DNA of 64,000 nucleotides from the IMG/VR virus record IMGVR_UViG_3300023048_000002, positions 64,001 through 128,000 of that record; one strand, given 5' to 3'. Positions 49,322 to 58,477 of the stretch are shown in pieces. The notes under the pieces are model-generated. The model saw only the letters and a program-made list of their open reading frames with translations. It made no database searches and had not been told where the DNA came from. A program made the position numbers and the translations under genes. The stretch is from a virus (lineage: Duplodnaviria; Caudoviricetes). Positions within the stretch are counted from its first letter, which is position 1. Each line of letters starts with the position of its first letter.

Positions 49322-49382
49322 AAAAAAGACTCCATTAGGAGTCTGAATATATCATGTTTTAATAATATGTCAATTTTTTAAA

Positions 49383-49458
49383 TGGTGCCCTCAGACGGAA
49401 TTGCACCGCCGACCTTCTGATTACGAAACAGACATTCTACTGACTGAACTATAAGGGC
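49383..49458 (-). tRNA. tRNA-Thr(CGT)
   Basis: TCTGT TTCGTAA TCAGA. Confidence 0.85.
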
Positions 49459-49459
49459 T

Positions 49460-49542
49460 TAATCGATTTGTACAAAATGTTTGATTTCTAATCGTTACTA
49501 TACAATCGTAATCGATTTTGCGCAAAATGTTTGATTTATAAT
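49460..49542. repeat. two ~33 bp direct repeats with palindromic cores
   Basis: TAATCGATTTGTACAAAATGTTTGATTTCTAAT and TAATCGATTTTGCGCAAAATGTTTGATTTATAAT. Confidence 0.8.
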
Positions 49543-49545
49543 TAT

Positions 49546-50223
49546 TTAATAACTCTTGCCGTCCTGATAACGTTGGCGTCTTGAATGCCTTCCATTACCT
49601 TTGTTTTTATTTTTATATGTTGGTGTTAGAGTGTGGCAGTTGGGACATAACAATCTAATATTATTTATACTACTATCTTCATGATTACCATTAATATGGT
49701 CAACTTCCAAAGTTATTTTTTGGCTATGCCAATCAGATAACCCACAAAATGTATTTGAGCATTTGTATCCAAACAACAGGGAAAGCATTTTTCTTAATAG
49801 GCGATTAGATGCTGATGTTTTACCATCTATGAGCCATCCATCTATCTTAACCCACAAATGATGTTGATCATCACATTCACGCGAACAATATTTTTTAGCA
49901 ACGCTATGGTTTAGAGTTTTACAACAAAATAAGCATTTTCTTTTATTTCTTTTTAGATTATTGAAAATTGCAGCACATGAGTGACTACAAAATGTGTTTT
50001 CTTTATGATCAAATAAATTTTGACAATTTATACATGTCTTCTTCAACTTTTCAGTTAATGGAACAGCTATCCCAAAGTTGATCCAATTCTCATGCCTACC
50101 AAAAAGCTTTAAACATTTATTTTGATATGGTAATGCTGAATCTTTATTTAATTCTATCTTAGAAGGATATCTATTGTTCTCCAATATGAAATCATTCAAT
50201 TGTTTTATTTCTTTATCAAACAT
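49546..50223 (-). CDS. HNH homing endonuclease-like protein
   Basis: LEVDHINGNHEDSSINNIRLLCPNCH; Cys-rich fingers; inserted between tRNA-Thr genes. Confidence 0.88.
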   Translation of the reverse strand: MFDKEIKQLNDFILENNRYPSKIELNKDSALPYQNKCLKLFGRHENWINFGIAVPLTEKLKKTCINCQNLFDHKENTFCSHSCAAIFNNLKRNKRKCLFCCKTLNHSVAKKYCSRECDDQHHLWVKIDGWLIDGKTSASNRLLRKMLSLLFGYKCSNTFCGLSDWHSQKITLEVDHINGNHEDSSINNIRLLCPNCHTLTPTYKNKNKGNGRHSRRQRYQDGKSY

Positions 50224-50274
50224 AAAAGGGTTTATCTATATCTTGATAATATAGATAAACCCTTTTTAAGTCAA
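50224..50274 (-). promoter_or_regulatory. 18 bp perfect hairpin abutting the HNH ATG, overlapped by a sigma70 promoter
   Basis: Arms 50224-41 and 50249-66; TTGACT-17-TATTAT. Confidence 0.75.
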
Positions 50275-50280
50275 TAAACT

Positions 50281-50370
50281 TGGAGCCGCCCACAGGATTC
50301 GAACCTGCGATGTAGGTATTACCATTCTTGCTTACAAGGCAAGCCCTTTCGACCACTCAGGCAAGACGGC
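50281..50370 (-). tRNA. tRNA-Thr(TGT) with long variable arm
   Basis: CTTGC CTTGTAA GCAAG; V region AATGGTAATACCTACATC. Confidence 0.8.
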
Positions 50371-50379
50371 TCATTAAAT

Positions 50380-50462
50380 TGGTGCTGGACACAGGATTCG
50401 AACCTGCAACGTGGAATACCTGATTACAAAACAGGTGCCTTCAACCATTCAGCCAATCCAGC
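50380..50462 (-). tRNA. tRNA-Thr(TGT), expanded variable region
   Basis: CCTGT TTTGTAA TCAGG; 11-nt V region. Confidence 0.8.
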
Positions 50463-50575
50463 ATTCTTAAATACGAATGTATTTATAAACTTGTGATGAG
50501 ATTTTAATCTTATCATTTAATTTAGTATCGGTCAAGTGATCAATATCATCTTGACCATTCAAGAAGAAATCCTTA

Positions 50576-50950
50576 TTAACCCTTGGTGTCAAGATAGATT
50601 GCGCGTTTGACTTCAGGAGTTTCTTCGTGGGTTAGCTGGGTTAATTCTAATTTGATTGTTTTATCTGGATGTTCTGATGGAACCATAGTGACCAAGAGAG
50701 TATTAAACAATCCCGCTTCTTTACTTTCAAAATTTAGATCATACTTCTTACCATACTTTCTAAAGATAGGAAGCATAGCACGCATGAGATAGAGTGGAAG
50801 ATTCTTCTGTGGGAGAGCCTGTACATCTAGAACCTTCATTCCATCTGTTGGTGCAGCATTAGAAGAAACCAAGACAGCCTTAAACATAGGCTGTCTTGTA
50901 TCAATAGCTTCTTCTAGCTTTTCATTTAGGTTGAAAATTAAATCAAACAT
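50576..50950 (-). CDS. hypothetical protein
   Basis: 124 aa. Confidence 0.6.
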   Translation of the reverse strand: MFDLIFNLNEKLEEAIDTRQPMFKAVLVSSNAAPTDGMKVLDVQALPQKNLPLYLMRAMLPIFRKYGKKYDLNFESKEAGLFNTLLVTMVPSEHPDKTIKLELTQLTHEETPEVKRAIYLDTKG

Positions 50951-50972
50951 AGATTACTCAATAATCTATTAT

Positions 50973-51953
50973 TTATGACTTAATGCCCATCCAAGTGTCA
51001 TCCAGCGATTTCTTGGTATCCATCAAGGCAAATTCTGAAACGGTCTTGGCAATTTCAAATCCATTTCTCTTAAGTTCACTTGCCCATGCAATAACCCAAT
51101 AATCATGATCATTACGGTTATTATCGGTTCGAATTGTCCCCATGATCTTAACCATTCCTTCTACATCACTACGCAATGCATTCTTAGAAATATGCAAGCG
51201 TGTTCCTCCAAAATGATTATTTGAAATCTCTCGCAATTTTGATAAATCATTTAGTTCAACAAAGATGGTGAAATGGCTCTCATAATATCCATCAGGATTT
51301 CCATCAAGGATAGGATGCCAAGGTACTGTTTCAATCTTTGTACGAATGACATCAAATCCATCAACATATAGCGTATTAATTAGATTATCAGCAAACATTT
51401 TAGCATCATCGTATGTACCGATGATTACGGATGCCGTTGTTAGTTGCTGCGGAGCATCACCTAAATCGAGGACAATAGCTTTTAAATTATTTAATGTCTT
51501 ACAGTATTTTTCAAACACTGCAATATCAATTGGCTTTTTGTTCCAACGATCTTCGCTTAAAGTCAAGTGAATCTCAAATGGATACTTACCATCTGACTTA
51601 TCTTGATCATTTCTCTTAGACCAATGAATAGCCTTATCTGACAGCATAGAGGTAATATCACTATCTTCATACCCCAATGAATATGCAATTGATAATGCAA
51701 CAAGCATCACATCAGCAACTTCGTCCAAAATTTTATCTTTAGATGCTATCTTGTGTCTAGCACCCTGAGCATTCTCGTGTGTGAGAACAGCATCAGCAAG
51801 CTCTCCACCTTCAATGAATAGCTTTGAGGATTTCTGGCTAAGGGTCTTCGTATCCTTTAGGGATAGTTGCTTAACAAGCGCTAAAATATCGTCTCTCATT
51901 CTGTTGGTCCTGATGTGTCCATGTTTTTGTAATGCTTTCTCTGTGCTAGGCAA
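50973..51953 (-). CDS. MazG-like nucleotide pyrophosphohydrolase fused to an unknown domain
   Basis: KLFIEGGELA...DEVADV; true start may be MRDD. Confidence 0.7.
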   Translation of the reverse strand: MPSTEKALQKHGHIRTNRMRDDILALVKQLSLKDTKTLSQKSSKLFIEGGELADAVLTHENAQGARHKIASKDKILDEVADVMLVALSIAYSLGYEDSDITSMLSDKAIHWSKRNDQDKSDGKYPFEIHLTLSEDRWNKKPIDIAVFEKYCKTLNNLKAIVLDLGDAPQQLTTASVIIGTYDDAKMFADNLINTLYVDGFDVIRTKIETVPWHPILDGNPDGYYESHFTIFVELNDLSKLREISNNHFGGTRLHISKNALRSDVEGMVKIMGTIRTDNNRNDHDYWVIAWASELKRNGFEIAKTVSEFALMDTKKSLDDTWMGIKS

Positions 51954-52243
51954 GAATCATGGAACTCTTTCGTAATCTTGATTTCACCATAGGTATTACC
52001 GGGAACCATATTACAAAATGCTTCATTCATTGATTTAAGTTGATCCCTTACCTTACAACACTTCATATGTCCACTGGAACTAGTGCCATTACTGTTAACT
52101 GTAATAGTGTATGGACAGTCTTTTTCTGGTTGCTTTATGCATTTCTGTGTAATCGCTGATGGCTTACGATCAACAATGAATAGCCATACTATCAGAAGCA
52201 GAAAAATTAAAAATAATACAATTGATTCCATAATTATCTCCAA
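51896..52243 (-). CDS. small membrane protein
   Basis: N-terminal TM, Cys-rich. Confidence 0.55.
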   Translation of the reverse strand: MEIIMESIVLFLIFLLLIVWLFIVDRKPSAITQKCIKQPEKDCPYTITVNSNGTSSSGHMKCCKVRDQLKSMNEAFCNMVPGNTYGEIKITKEFHDSCLAQRKHYKNMDTSGPTE

Positions 52244-52275
52244 AGAAAAAGGCTGGGTTCACCAGCCTTTTTAAC

Positions 52276-53226
52276 TTAGTCGTTGTATGAGTCAGAAGAT
52301 TCTTCATAACTTGACTCTTCTTCATCTTCCACTTCTTCATATTTGTCCTGAATATGAAGAAGTCGATCTAGTGCCGTAGTATCTTCAAAATGAAGCGTAG
52401 CCCAATTCTTGTTATAGACAACAGTCGTACCAATGCCGATAACATTATGCGCTAGGAACAGTGGACGAAGACCACGAGTCTGAGGAACCATGCTTTCCAT
52501 CATGCTCATGATGTCCTTATTGAAGTAACGCGGATCATCAAGAACTTCCTGTGGAAAGCTATCAGTGTTGATAACATTAACAAAGAATTCTGAATGCTGG
52601 AAATCTGGACCAGTAGGCTTGAATTCCTTAGTCTTACGCTTCTTTGTAGCTTTAACTGCATAGTCGTTCATGTGTTCAATAGCTTCAGCCATTGTGACAC
52701 CTTCAATCTTAAACAGGCGACCATGCCACTCTAGTGAAGGCATCCAGAGAATACCGACTGCATCGTTAGCTGTTGGGGTTGATGTTAGCTTTGAATTCTT
52801 TTGTGTCAAACTATCTGCTGTAATGGTTACTGGACCACTACTTGATACATTGAGGCTACCATCATTACTGATGTCAACTGTTGTTCCACCATTTGAAATC
52901 TTAATTCCAAATTTTGCAGCAGGAGCTACCTTTAGCGGCTCTACGATCTTAACAAACTCTAACAGATAGTCGATTAGCTGGCTGACGGTCTTATTGTTGA
53001 ATGATTCTACCACATCAAGTTCAGGGATTTCAATTTCTAGCTCATCTTCAATAAGCATGATGAGTTCAATGATGTCAATAGAATCGGCTCCATAAAGCTC
53101 GCTTACATCTTCTATGGTATCAGAGAAATTTATATGCTCAATGACACCAAAGGTCTCATTGGCAACATTGGTGATAATAGCCAATAGATCAACTACTGCA
53201 TCAGGCTTTGATTTGTATGTCTTCAT
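52276..53226 (-). CDS. acyl-carrier-protein domain fusion protein
   Basis: YGADSIDIIELIMLIEDELEIEIP; start MKTY with promoter TTGACA-17-TACAAT at 53249-53277. Confidence 0.7.
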   Translation of the reverse strand: MKTYKSKPDAVVDLLAIITNVANETFGVIEHINFSDTIEDVSELYGADSIDIIELIMLIEDELEIEIPELDVVESFNNKTVSQLIDYLLEFVKIVEPLKVAPAAKFGIKISNGGTTVDISNDGSLNVSSSGPVTITADSLTQKNSKLTSTPTANDAVGILWMPSLEWHGRLFKIEGVTMAEAIEHMNDYAVKATKKRKTKEFKPTGPDFQHSEFFVNVINTDSFPQEVLDDPRYFNKDIMSMMESMVPQTRGLRPLFLAHNVIGIGTTVVYNKNWATLHFEDTTALDRLLHIQDKYEEVEDEEESSYEESSDSYND

Positions 53227-53266
53227 GGAAAATTCCGTTATTTGGGTTATTGTACTGTGTATAATA

Positions 53267-54550
53267 TTACTTGTCAAATTCGCACAAGTAACGAAGGTTT
53301 GCCTGATCAAGGCTATAAACAATCATTTCATTATTAGCAACGCCACTCTTACCACCAAGAGCTAGACAAGAGTCATATCCTGCTGGAATACGGCTGAGAG
53401 GTGCCGAAGGTGTATATGATCTTCCAAGGCTAACATCTACTAAGAACATGAAACAATTATCATCATAACCACCGCCGCCCCAATAACCATGTGCATAGTT
53501 GAGTGACTTAGTACTCTGATCACTAAAATATAGACCATCACCAAACATACGTCCGGTGATATGGTAGCCACCTGCTGAGGTTGGGATGATTAGTCCACCC
53601 TTAAGAATAGAGAGAACATTGAATGCACGGGTACCATGCCAAAGTTGCATTTCGTTCCCAATAACATCAAACTTCTTCTTATATGATGCTGTGCTGTTAT
53701 CATTCTGAACTTCATACACATTCTTCAAACGAAGGTGTGCACATGCGTGACGTGAGTTCATGTTTGAGGCATAGAACGTCTTTACCCTATCAATCACTGT
53801 CTGGTCTGAAACTAATTTCAAACTGTTATTGAATAGGCGTTCTGGTTCCTTCTTAGCATCATCAACACTTACAACAGGTGGAGTATAGTTCTGAATTGAG
53901 GTTTCAATCTGATCAAGAAGTGAGTTCTGATTCTGGAATGAGGAAATATCCGTAAAAAATGTTTCACCCCAACCGCGAGCGCGAGGAACCTTCTGTGGAA
54001 TGATAGAAAGATAATCATTTAGTGTTTGGCTATATGAATTACCAAAGTCCTGAGTATCAATGAAGTCCTTTAGGGAAATCAATACATCACGAGCCTTACT
54101 AACTGCTGGTAGCGTGATAGGACCAAGAACAGTCTTAACGATACCATCAACGATATCGATCTGATCACCTGTAGCCTTTAGAAGCTGATATTTATTGATA
54201 GCTGATAGTCGATCTAGAAGCTTAGCCATTTCTGGATTATTGTCAGCGATATCACGCTTTGCGATTATTGCAAGTGATTCAGTTGCAAGGGAAACCGTAC
54301 CGCTTGCGGCAGGAGTTCCATTGTTTGTCATAACATCAACTTCTCTGTACCCCTTTGATGCAGCAGTCTTTGACTTATAAACCTTGTTGAATGCAGCTTC
54401 GCCATAACCCTTCTGTTCGGTTACGCCGTTATCACCATTACGACCATAACGCGCAGTTACAGAATCGTCATCGTTCCAGATAATTTCATAGAACTTGTTA
54501 TTGTTATTACCGCTGTCAACTTTGACAAGCATTGCGTACTTTTTTGCCAT
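53267..54550 (-). CDS. WGR-regulatory-catalytic PARP-like ADP-ribosyltransferase
   Basis: NNNKFYEI...YGR (WGR), YLSIIP, WHGT, GRMFGDGLYF, KSLNY, NEMIVY (H-Y-E). Confidence 0.9.
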   Translation of the reverse strand: MAKKYAMLVKVDSGNNNNKFYEIIWNDDDSVTARYGRNGDNGVTEQKGYGEAAFNKVYKSKTAASKGYREVDVMTNNGTPAASGTVSLATESLAIIAKRDIADNNPEMAKLLDRLSAINKYQLLKATGDQIDIVDGIVKTVLGPITLPAVSKARDVLISLKDFIDTQDFGNSYSQTLNDYLSIIPQKVPRARGWGETFFTDISSFQNQNSLLDQIETSIQNYTPPVVSVDDAKKEPERLFNNSLKLVSDQTVIDRVKTFYASNMNSRHACAHLRLKNVYEVQNDNSTASYKKKFDVIGNEMQLWHGTRAFNVLSILKGGLIIPTSAGGYHITGRMFGDGLYFSDQSTKSLNYAHGYWGGGGYDDNCFMFLVDVSLGRSYTPSAPLSRIPAGYDSCLALGGKSGVANNEMIVYSLDQANLRYLCEFDK

Positions 54551-54622
54551 TAGAGGTATCCCTTAGCTCAGATAAAGAATGATACAGAAAAGCCCTTGTT
54601 GTTAACAAGGGCTTGAATGGAA

Positions 54623-55471
54623 TTAACGTGTAGCATTTATTTTAGTTTCATATTGTATCAAAGCATCTACTACTTTGAACATATCAGAATAATAGAATCC
54701 CGAAACACCGAATGTATTGATTTCAACAACCCTTAAACCATTGGGTGTATCTGCAATATCAATTACAAATGCATCGGCTGGTTGCCATCGATCAGCCATC
54801 GATTGTGCAAAATCCACAATCTTCTGATCAATGATTGAATCATACTTTACCGTGTCACCAAGCTTGTAGGTTGATCCTGTGACTACCTTACCATCCACTA
54901 CAAAGAAGCGATGTTCTGAGTAGATATCCTTTACAGATGAAACCGTGACTGGTGTATAAGCATTGAGTGATTTAGGATCAAAGCCATCTTCAGGTTTAAA
55001 ATGAGTTAGATGACGCTTCCAGTCTGCGTAATATTCCTTAATCATTGTCATACCGGTGAAGATCTTATCATCTTTAAATGGTCGAATGAAAACATCATAA
55101 TCAAGGTCGGGGAGTTCACCAGCTAATGATACGAATGAATCACCATTTAAAATATTGTCTAGTCCAAATCCCTTTGACCAATGATCAAAGTCAAAGTTTT
55201 GAGAATCAAAAGCACCCGGTGAGATGCCACGTTCCTTGATTAATCTGGAAAATTTATGAGAGCCGAAGATGTATGTTGGAACACTGGAACTTAAGCATAG
55301 TTCCTCAGCCGTTTCAATCTGTAATGATGTTACATGATTTGGAAAAATCACATCTACAAACTCAAACAGATTACACAAAGTGTAATCTGTTTGAAAGAAG
55401 TCTAATGCCTTCAATAATTGTTCGTAGTGTGGTTCCCTCTTGAGAATATTCTCTTGAATAAGGAATTTCAC
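54623..55471 (-). CDS. ATP-grasp protein (DUF4343/R2K-like)
   Basis: FIRP..DKIFTG, EHRFFVV, VIDIA, VEIN. Confidence 0.78.
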   Translation of the reverse strand: MKFLIQENILKREPHYEQLLKALDFFQTDYTLCNLFEFVDVIFPNHVTSLQIETAEELCLSSSVPTYIFGSHKFSRLIKERGISPGAFDSQNFDFDHWSKGFGLDNILNGDSFVSLAGELPDLDYDVFIRPFKDDKIFTGMTMIKEYYADWKRHLTHFKPEDGFDPKSLNAYTPVTVSSVKDIYSEHRFFVVDGKVVTGSTYKLGDTVKYDSIIDQKIVDFAQSMADRWQPADAFVIDIADTPNGLRVVEINTFGVSGFYYSDMFKVVDALIQYETKINATR

Positions 55472-56151
55472 TTTCGCACTCCAAATAGATTTAGTGACGG
55501 GATGATAACATGGTTAATGTGTTCAATCTCATTCTGCATCTTTAGAATCATATTTTCAACGTAACGAAGTTGCTGTTTCGTTGCCTCTAGATTCTGTAGT
55601 GCCTGAAGCATCAATAGTCTACGATTGTAGAGTGTGTCATACATCAGGTTCTCTTTCTTTGTAGCGGATTCTGATGCTGCTGCCAATGTGGCAACCCAAT
55701 CGACAATGTTAAGTGCTGCTACATTGTCAAGTAAATCAGATACCACACGATGAATATTCTCCAAACGTAAGGATAACGACTTTACCTGAATCACATAATA
55801 CTGTTTGTTTGGACGCTTAATGAATGAAGAAAAGAATGACTTTGCTTTAGCTGCATCAACGACTTCACCCAAAAGCTTAGATGCATCAAGGCCATTGTAA
55901 ACTCCAATAGCATCACTAGCTTGATTAACAAAATAGCTTTGTGCATGGAGGACTGACTTGCCCCAATTCAAAATCTTTATATTATCACCAGTAGCAAGAT
56001 CACGTACCATCTGTGTAAGCTTAAGGGAATCCTTCCCATAAGCTTCTGCATAGTTTTCCTTCATAAACTTTACGGCTGATTCTAGTGAAACTCCTAGATC
56101 GCCGTAAACGGTTGCTGGTGGTTTTGAGTATTCACTATCATCTGACATCAT
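55468..56151 (-). CDS. TelA-related helical protein
   Basis: Helical, coupled to the telA gene. Confidence 0.45.
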   Translation of the reverse strand: MMSDDSEYSKPPATVYGDLGVSLESAVKFMKENYAEAYGKDSLKLTQMVRDLATGDNIKILNWGKSVLHAQSYFVNQASDAIGVYNGLDASKLLGEVVDAAKAKSFFSSFIKRPNKQYYVIQVKSLSLRLENIHRVVSDLLDNVAALNIVDWVATLAAASESATKKENLMYDTLYNRRLLMLQALQNLEATKQQLRYVENMILKMQNEIEHINHVIIPSLNLFGVRK

Positions 56152-56154
56152 AAA

Positions 56155-57249
56155 TTACTTCTTTGAGTATGCTGCGATTGTTTCCTGCTCAAGACGGGCA
56201 AGTTCTACCATGGTGATCTTGCGGGTTTCACGGGCTTCCTGTTCGATTTCACGAACCTTCTGTAGTGAACCAACAGTATCTTCATGTAGCTGCTTAATGG
56301 TGTCGAGATTGACTGCCTGACGCTGATTCAAACGTGCCATGGCTTCAACATTCTTAGCATTAGCACTGCTTGCAGACTTAACTGTTTCATTGAATAGGTC
56401 GAATGTCTTGTTCTGTAGTGCAATAGCACCAGTCTGGCTCTGACTGATCAAGTCACCAGCAAAATACTGCTGATACATGGGGATGATCTTGGTTGTTACA
56501 TCATCAAACGTACCAACAAGACTTGATGCCGTGCGCTTCATCTGTGCAAGCTTTGGATCATATTCCATGGAAAGAATCTTGAATGACTCTAGGTCAACAA
56601 TCTTCTTGTCGAGTTTATCAGAAAGATTCTGTAGATCATTTCGCTTATGGGCTTCATCAAGTGAAGCTGCTTCTGTGGGAAGCTGTTCTAGCTCAGCATT
56701 GACCTGTTCAAGAGCATCCTTGGCGATTTCAATATCCTGAAATAGGCTCTTGCAATAGTTATAGTTTCCTTCGATAAGGATATCGACATTACGAGCCTGC
56801 CTTACCTGAAGGTCACGTTCCTTTCCAATCTGTTTAACAAGAACATCAACACGGTCCTTTGCGCTATCAAATCGTGCTACAGCACGGTCCTTGATGCGAA
56901 GAGCCTTGTTTACAATCTTCTGAATCTTTCCAGTTTTATACTTGTCTGCTGACAAATCCTTGGATACATCAATGAGTTCGTTTAGCTTTTCACCCATTGC
57001 TCCACCTTCAGAATTCTTCTGCTGGTCAAGAACCTTGGCTGCAAACGTGGCAAGATTCTTGCCAGATTCATTACCAATACTAGATACGAATTCTTCAGTG
57101 ATAGGACGACCGATCTGCTTGCCCGGTGTAACCTGTGAGGTTGTCGAGACAGAAATAGCAGTGTTATAGAGTGGTACGTATGGATCGGATTTCATCGAAG
57201 GTTCCGTTGTTTCGTTGTTGGAGGGTCTATCCCAAATCTGGTCAGTCAT
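56155..57249 (-). CDS. telA: toxic anion resistance protein TelA/KlaB-like
   Basis: IGNE...KVLD...LNEL...RFDSAKDRVD...L..NY.Y...IP. Confidence 0.78.
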   Translation of the reverse strand: MTDQIWDRPSNNETTEPSMKSDPYVPLYNTAISVSTTSQVTPGKQIGRPITEEFVSSIGNESGKNLATFAAKVLDQQKNSEGGAMGEKLNELIDVSKDLSADKYKTGKIQKIVNKALRIKDRAVARFDSAKDRVDVLVKQIGKERDLQVRQARNVDILIEGNYNYCKSLFQDIEIAKDALEQVNAELEQLPTEAASLDEAHKRNDLQNLSDKLDKKIVDLESFKILSMEYDPKLAQMKRTASSLVGTFDDVTTKIIPMYQQYFAGDLISQSQTGAIALQNKTFDLFNETVKSASSANAKNVEAMARLNQRQAVNLDTIKQLHEDTVGSLQKVREIEQEARETRKITMVELARLEQETIAAYSKK

Positions 57250-57375
57250 GATGTGTCATCCTTATTAGGTGGGAGAATTGTAGAGTTTAATTACATAACA
57301 ATCAAGAACCAAATTCAGAATATTCAATTATAATTCAGGAAAAGAAAAAGCCGTAGATTTCTCTACGGCTTTATA

Positions 57376-57450
57376 TGGTTCCCACAGTAGGAATCGGACC
57401 TACGACTATTCATTACCAATGAATTATGTTACCATTATCACTATGCGGGA
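57376..57450 (-). tRNA. tRNA-Thr(GGT)
   Basis: ATTCA TTGGTAA TGAAT. Confidence 0.8.
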
Positions 57451-57457
57451 TTAATTT

Positions 57458-57532
57458 TGGCTGGCCTAGATGGATTCGAACCACCATCAAATCTTTCAGA
57501 GAGACTTATCCTAACCGTTGGACGATAGGCCA
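57458..57532 (-). tRNA. tRNA-Gln(CTG)
   Basis: U1-A72, G73, CTCTGAA loop. Confidence 0.9.
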
Positions 57533-57540
57533 TTATAAAC

Positions 57541-58203
57541 TTATTTATCTGTTTCTTCTTTAACTGCAACTAAAGGATATTTATATGGTGAGACTATACC
57601 ATCAACAAAATGTTTCGTCAAGGCTTCATCAGATAAAATCCAATATTCATTGGCTTCTCTTTGTAGTAATTCTTGTACTGGCATTCCGGTGCGCTTAGAT
57701 GCATTAACATTTAAATCAAAGATTAACATCTTTAACATAGTCAATCTGTTCTCGGCATGCTCTAACTGATCTGAAGAGATAGTTGTTCTTGCCTGATGAA
57801 ACATAATGATGGCATGTGGAAGCATGTAACGTTTAAATCCATACTGGTGAATATATGCTGCCATGCTTGCAGCAGTACCAACCACGACAGTATAGACTGG
57901 CCTCTTTGATGCCTGCATAGCATCGATAATTCTCAAGCCAGACATAACATTACCACCCGGTGAGTCAATAAACAAGATAATAGGCTTGTCTGTACTTACA
58001 TCTTGAAGATCATGAATCTTCTTGATTACCTGATAAGCAGTAAAATCATTTACTTCACCATAAAGTGTTACAGTATTCTGGTCATTCAATTCATCCTTAG
58101 ATGATGGTGACGCTGAACAGCTAACTGTAGTAGTTAGTACAAACCCTAGAACAACGAACAAGGACAAACTTTTAAACCATTGCATACTGTTTTTACTCCC
58201 CAT
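57541..58203 (-). CDS. clpP: ClpP-like protease with N-terminal signal/lipobox
   Basis: IDSPGG, AASMA, IMFHQ; hydrophobic leader ending TVSC. Confidence 0.82.
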   Translation of the reverse strand: MGSKNSMQWFKSLSLFVVLGFVLTTTVSCSASPSSKDELNDQNTVTLYGEVNDFTAYQVIKKIHDLQDVSTDKPIILFIDSPGGNVMSGLRIIDAMQASKRPVYTVVVGTAASMAAYIHQYGFKRYMLPHAIIMFHQARTTISSDQLEHAENRLTMLKMLIFDLNVNASKRTGMPVQELLQREANEYWILSDEALTKHFVDGIVSPYKYPLVAVKEETDK

Positions 58204-58306
58204 GTTTAAAACTATTTATGGAAGAGCCTACACATTATTTTCATGTAAATCAAACCTTTAATTCACATACGTGAAAACAAAAAAAGACGCCTAAGCGTCT
58301 TTGAAA

Positions 58307-58380
58307 TGGCAGCGGATGCAGGATTCGAACCTGCGATGGAGCATTCAAAGTGCCCTGCCGTACCACTTGGCTAATCCGCT
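58307..58380 (-). tRNA. tRNA-Gln(TTG)
   Basis: GGGCA CTTTGAA TGCTC. Confidence 0.88.
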
Positions 58381-58390
58381 ATATTTTTAA

Positions 58391-58471
58391 TGCCTCGTGA
58401 TGGGATCGAACCATCGACCTTTTCCTTATCTATCCTAGTAAGGAACACTACTTCCTCTGAGTTAACGAGAC
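58391..58471 (-). ncRNA. tRNA-like RNA with expanded anticodon arm, no encoded CCA
   Basis: Acceptor and T arm intact; TTCCTTA-CTAGGATAGA-TAAGGAA. Confidence 0.65.
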
Positions 58472-58477
58472 ATATTT

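Noticed and set aside
49460-49542. CRISPR mini-array
   Set aside because: Only two imperfect copies, 16 bp spacer, no cas genes in the window
37549-53322. Long N-terminal extensions in the ORF track (38523, 48198, 53322, 43387; also 17332 and 13462 elsewhere)
   Set aside because: They overlap upstream genes or promoters; downstream ATGs fit SD, promoter and domain boundaries better
58391-58471. Amber suppressor tRNA and stop-codon recoding
   Set aside because: CTA is not centred in a 7-nt loop; core genes are intact in the standard code
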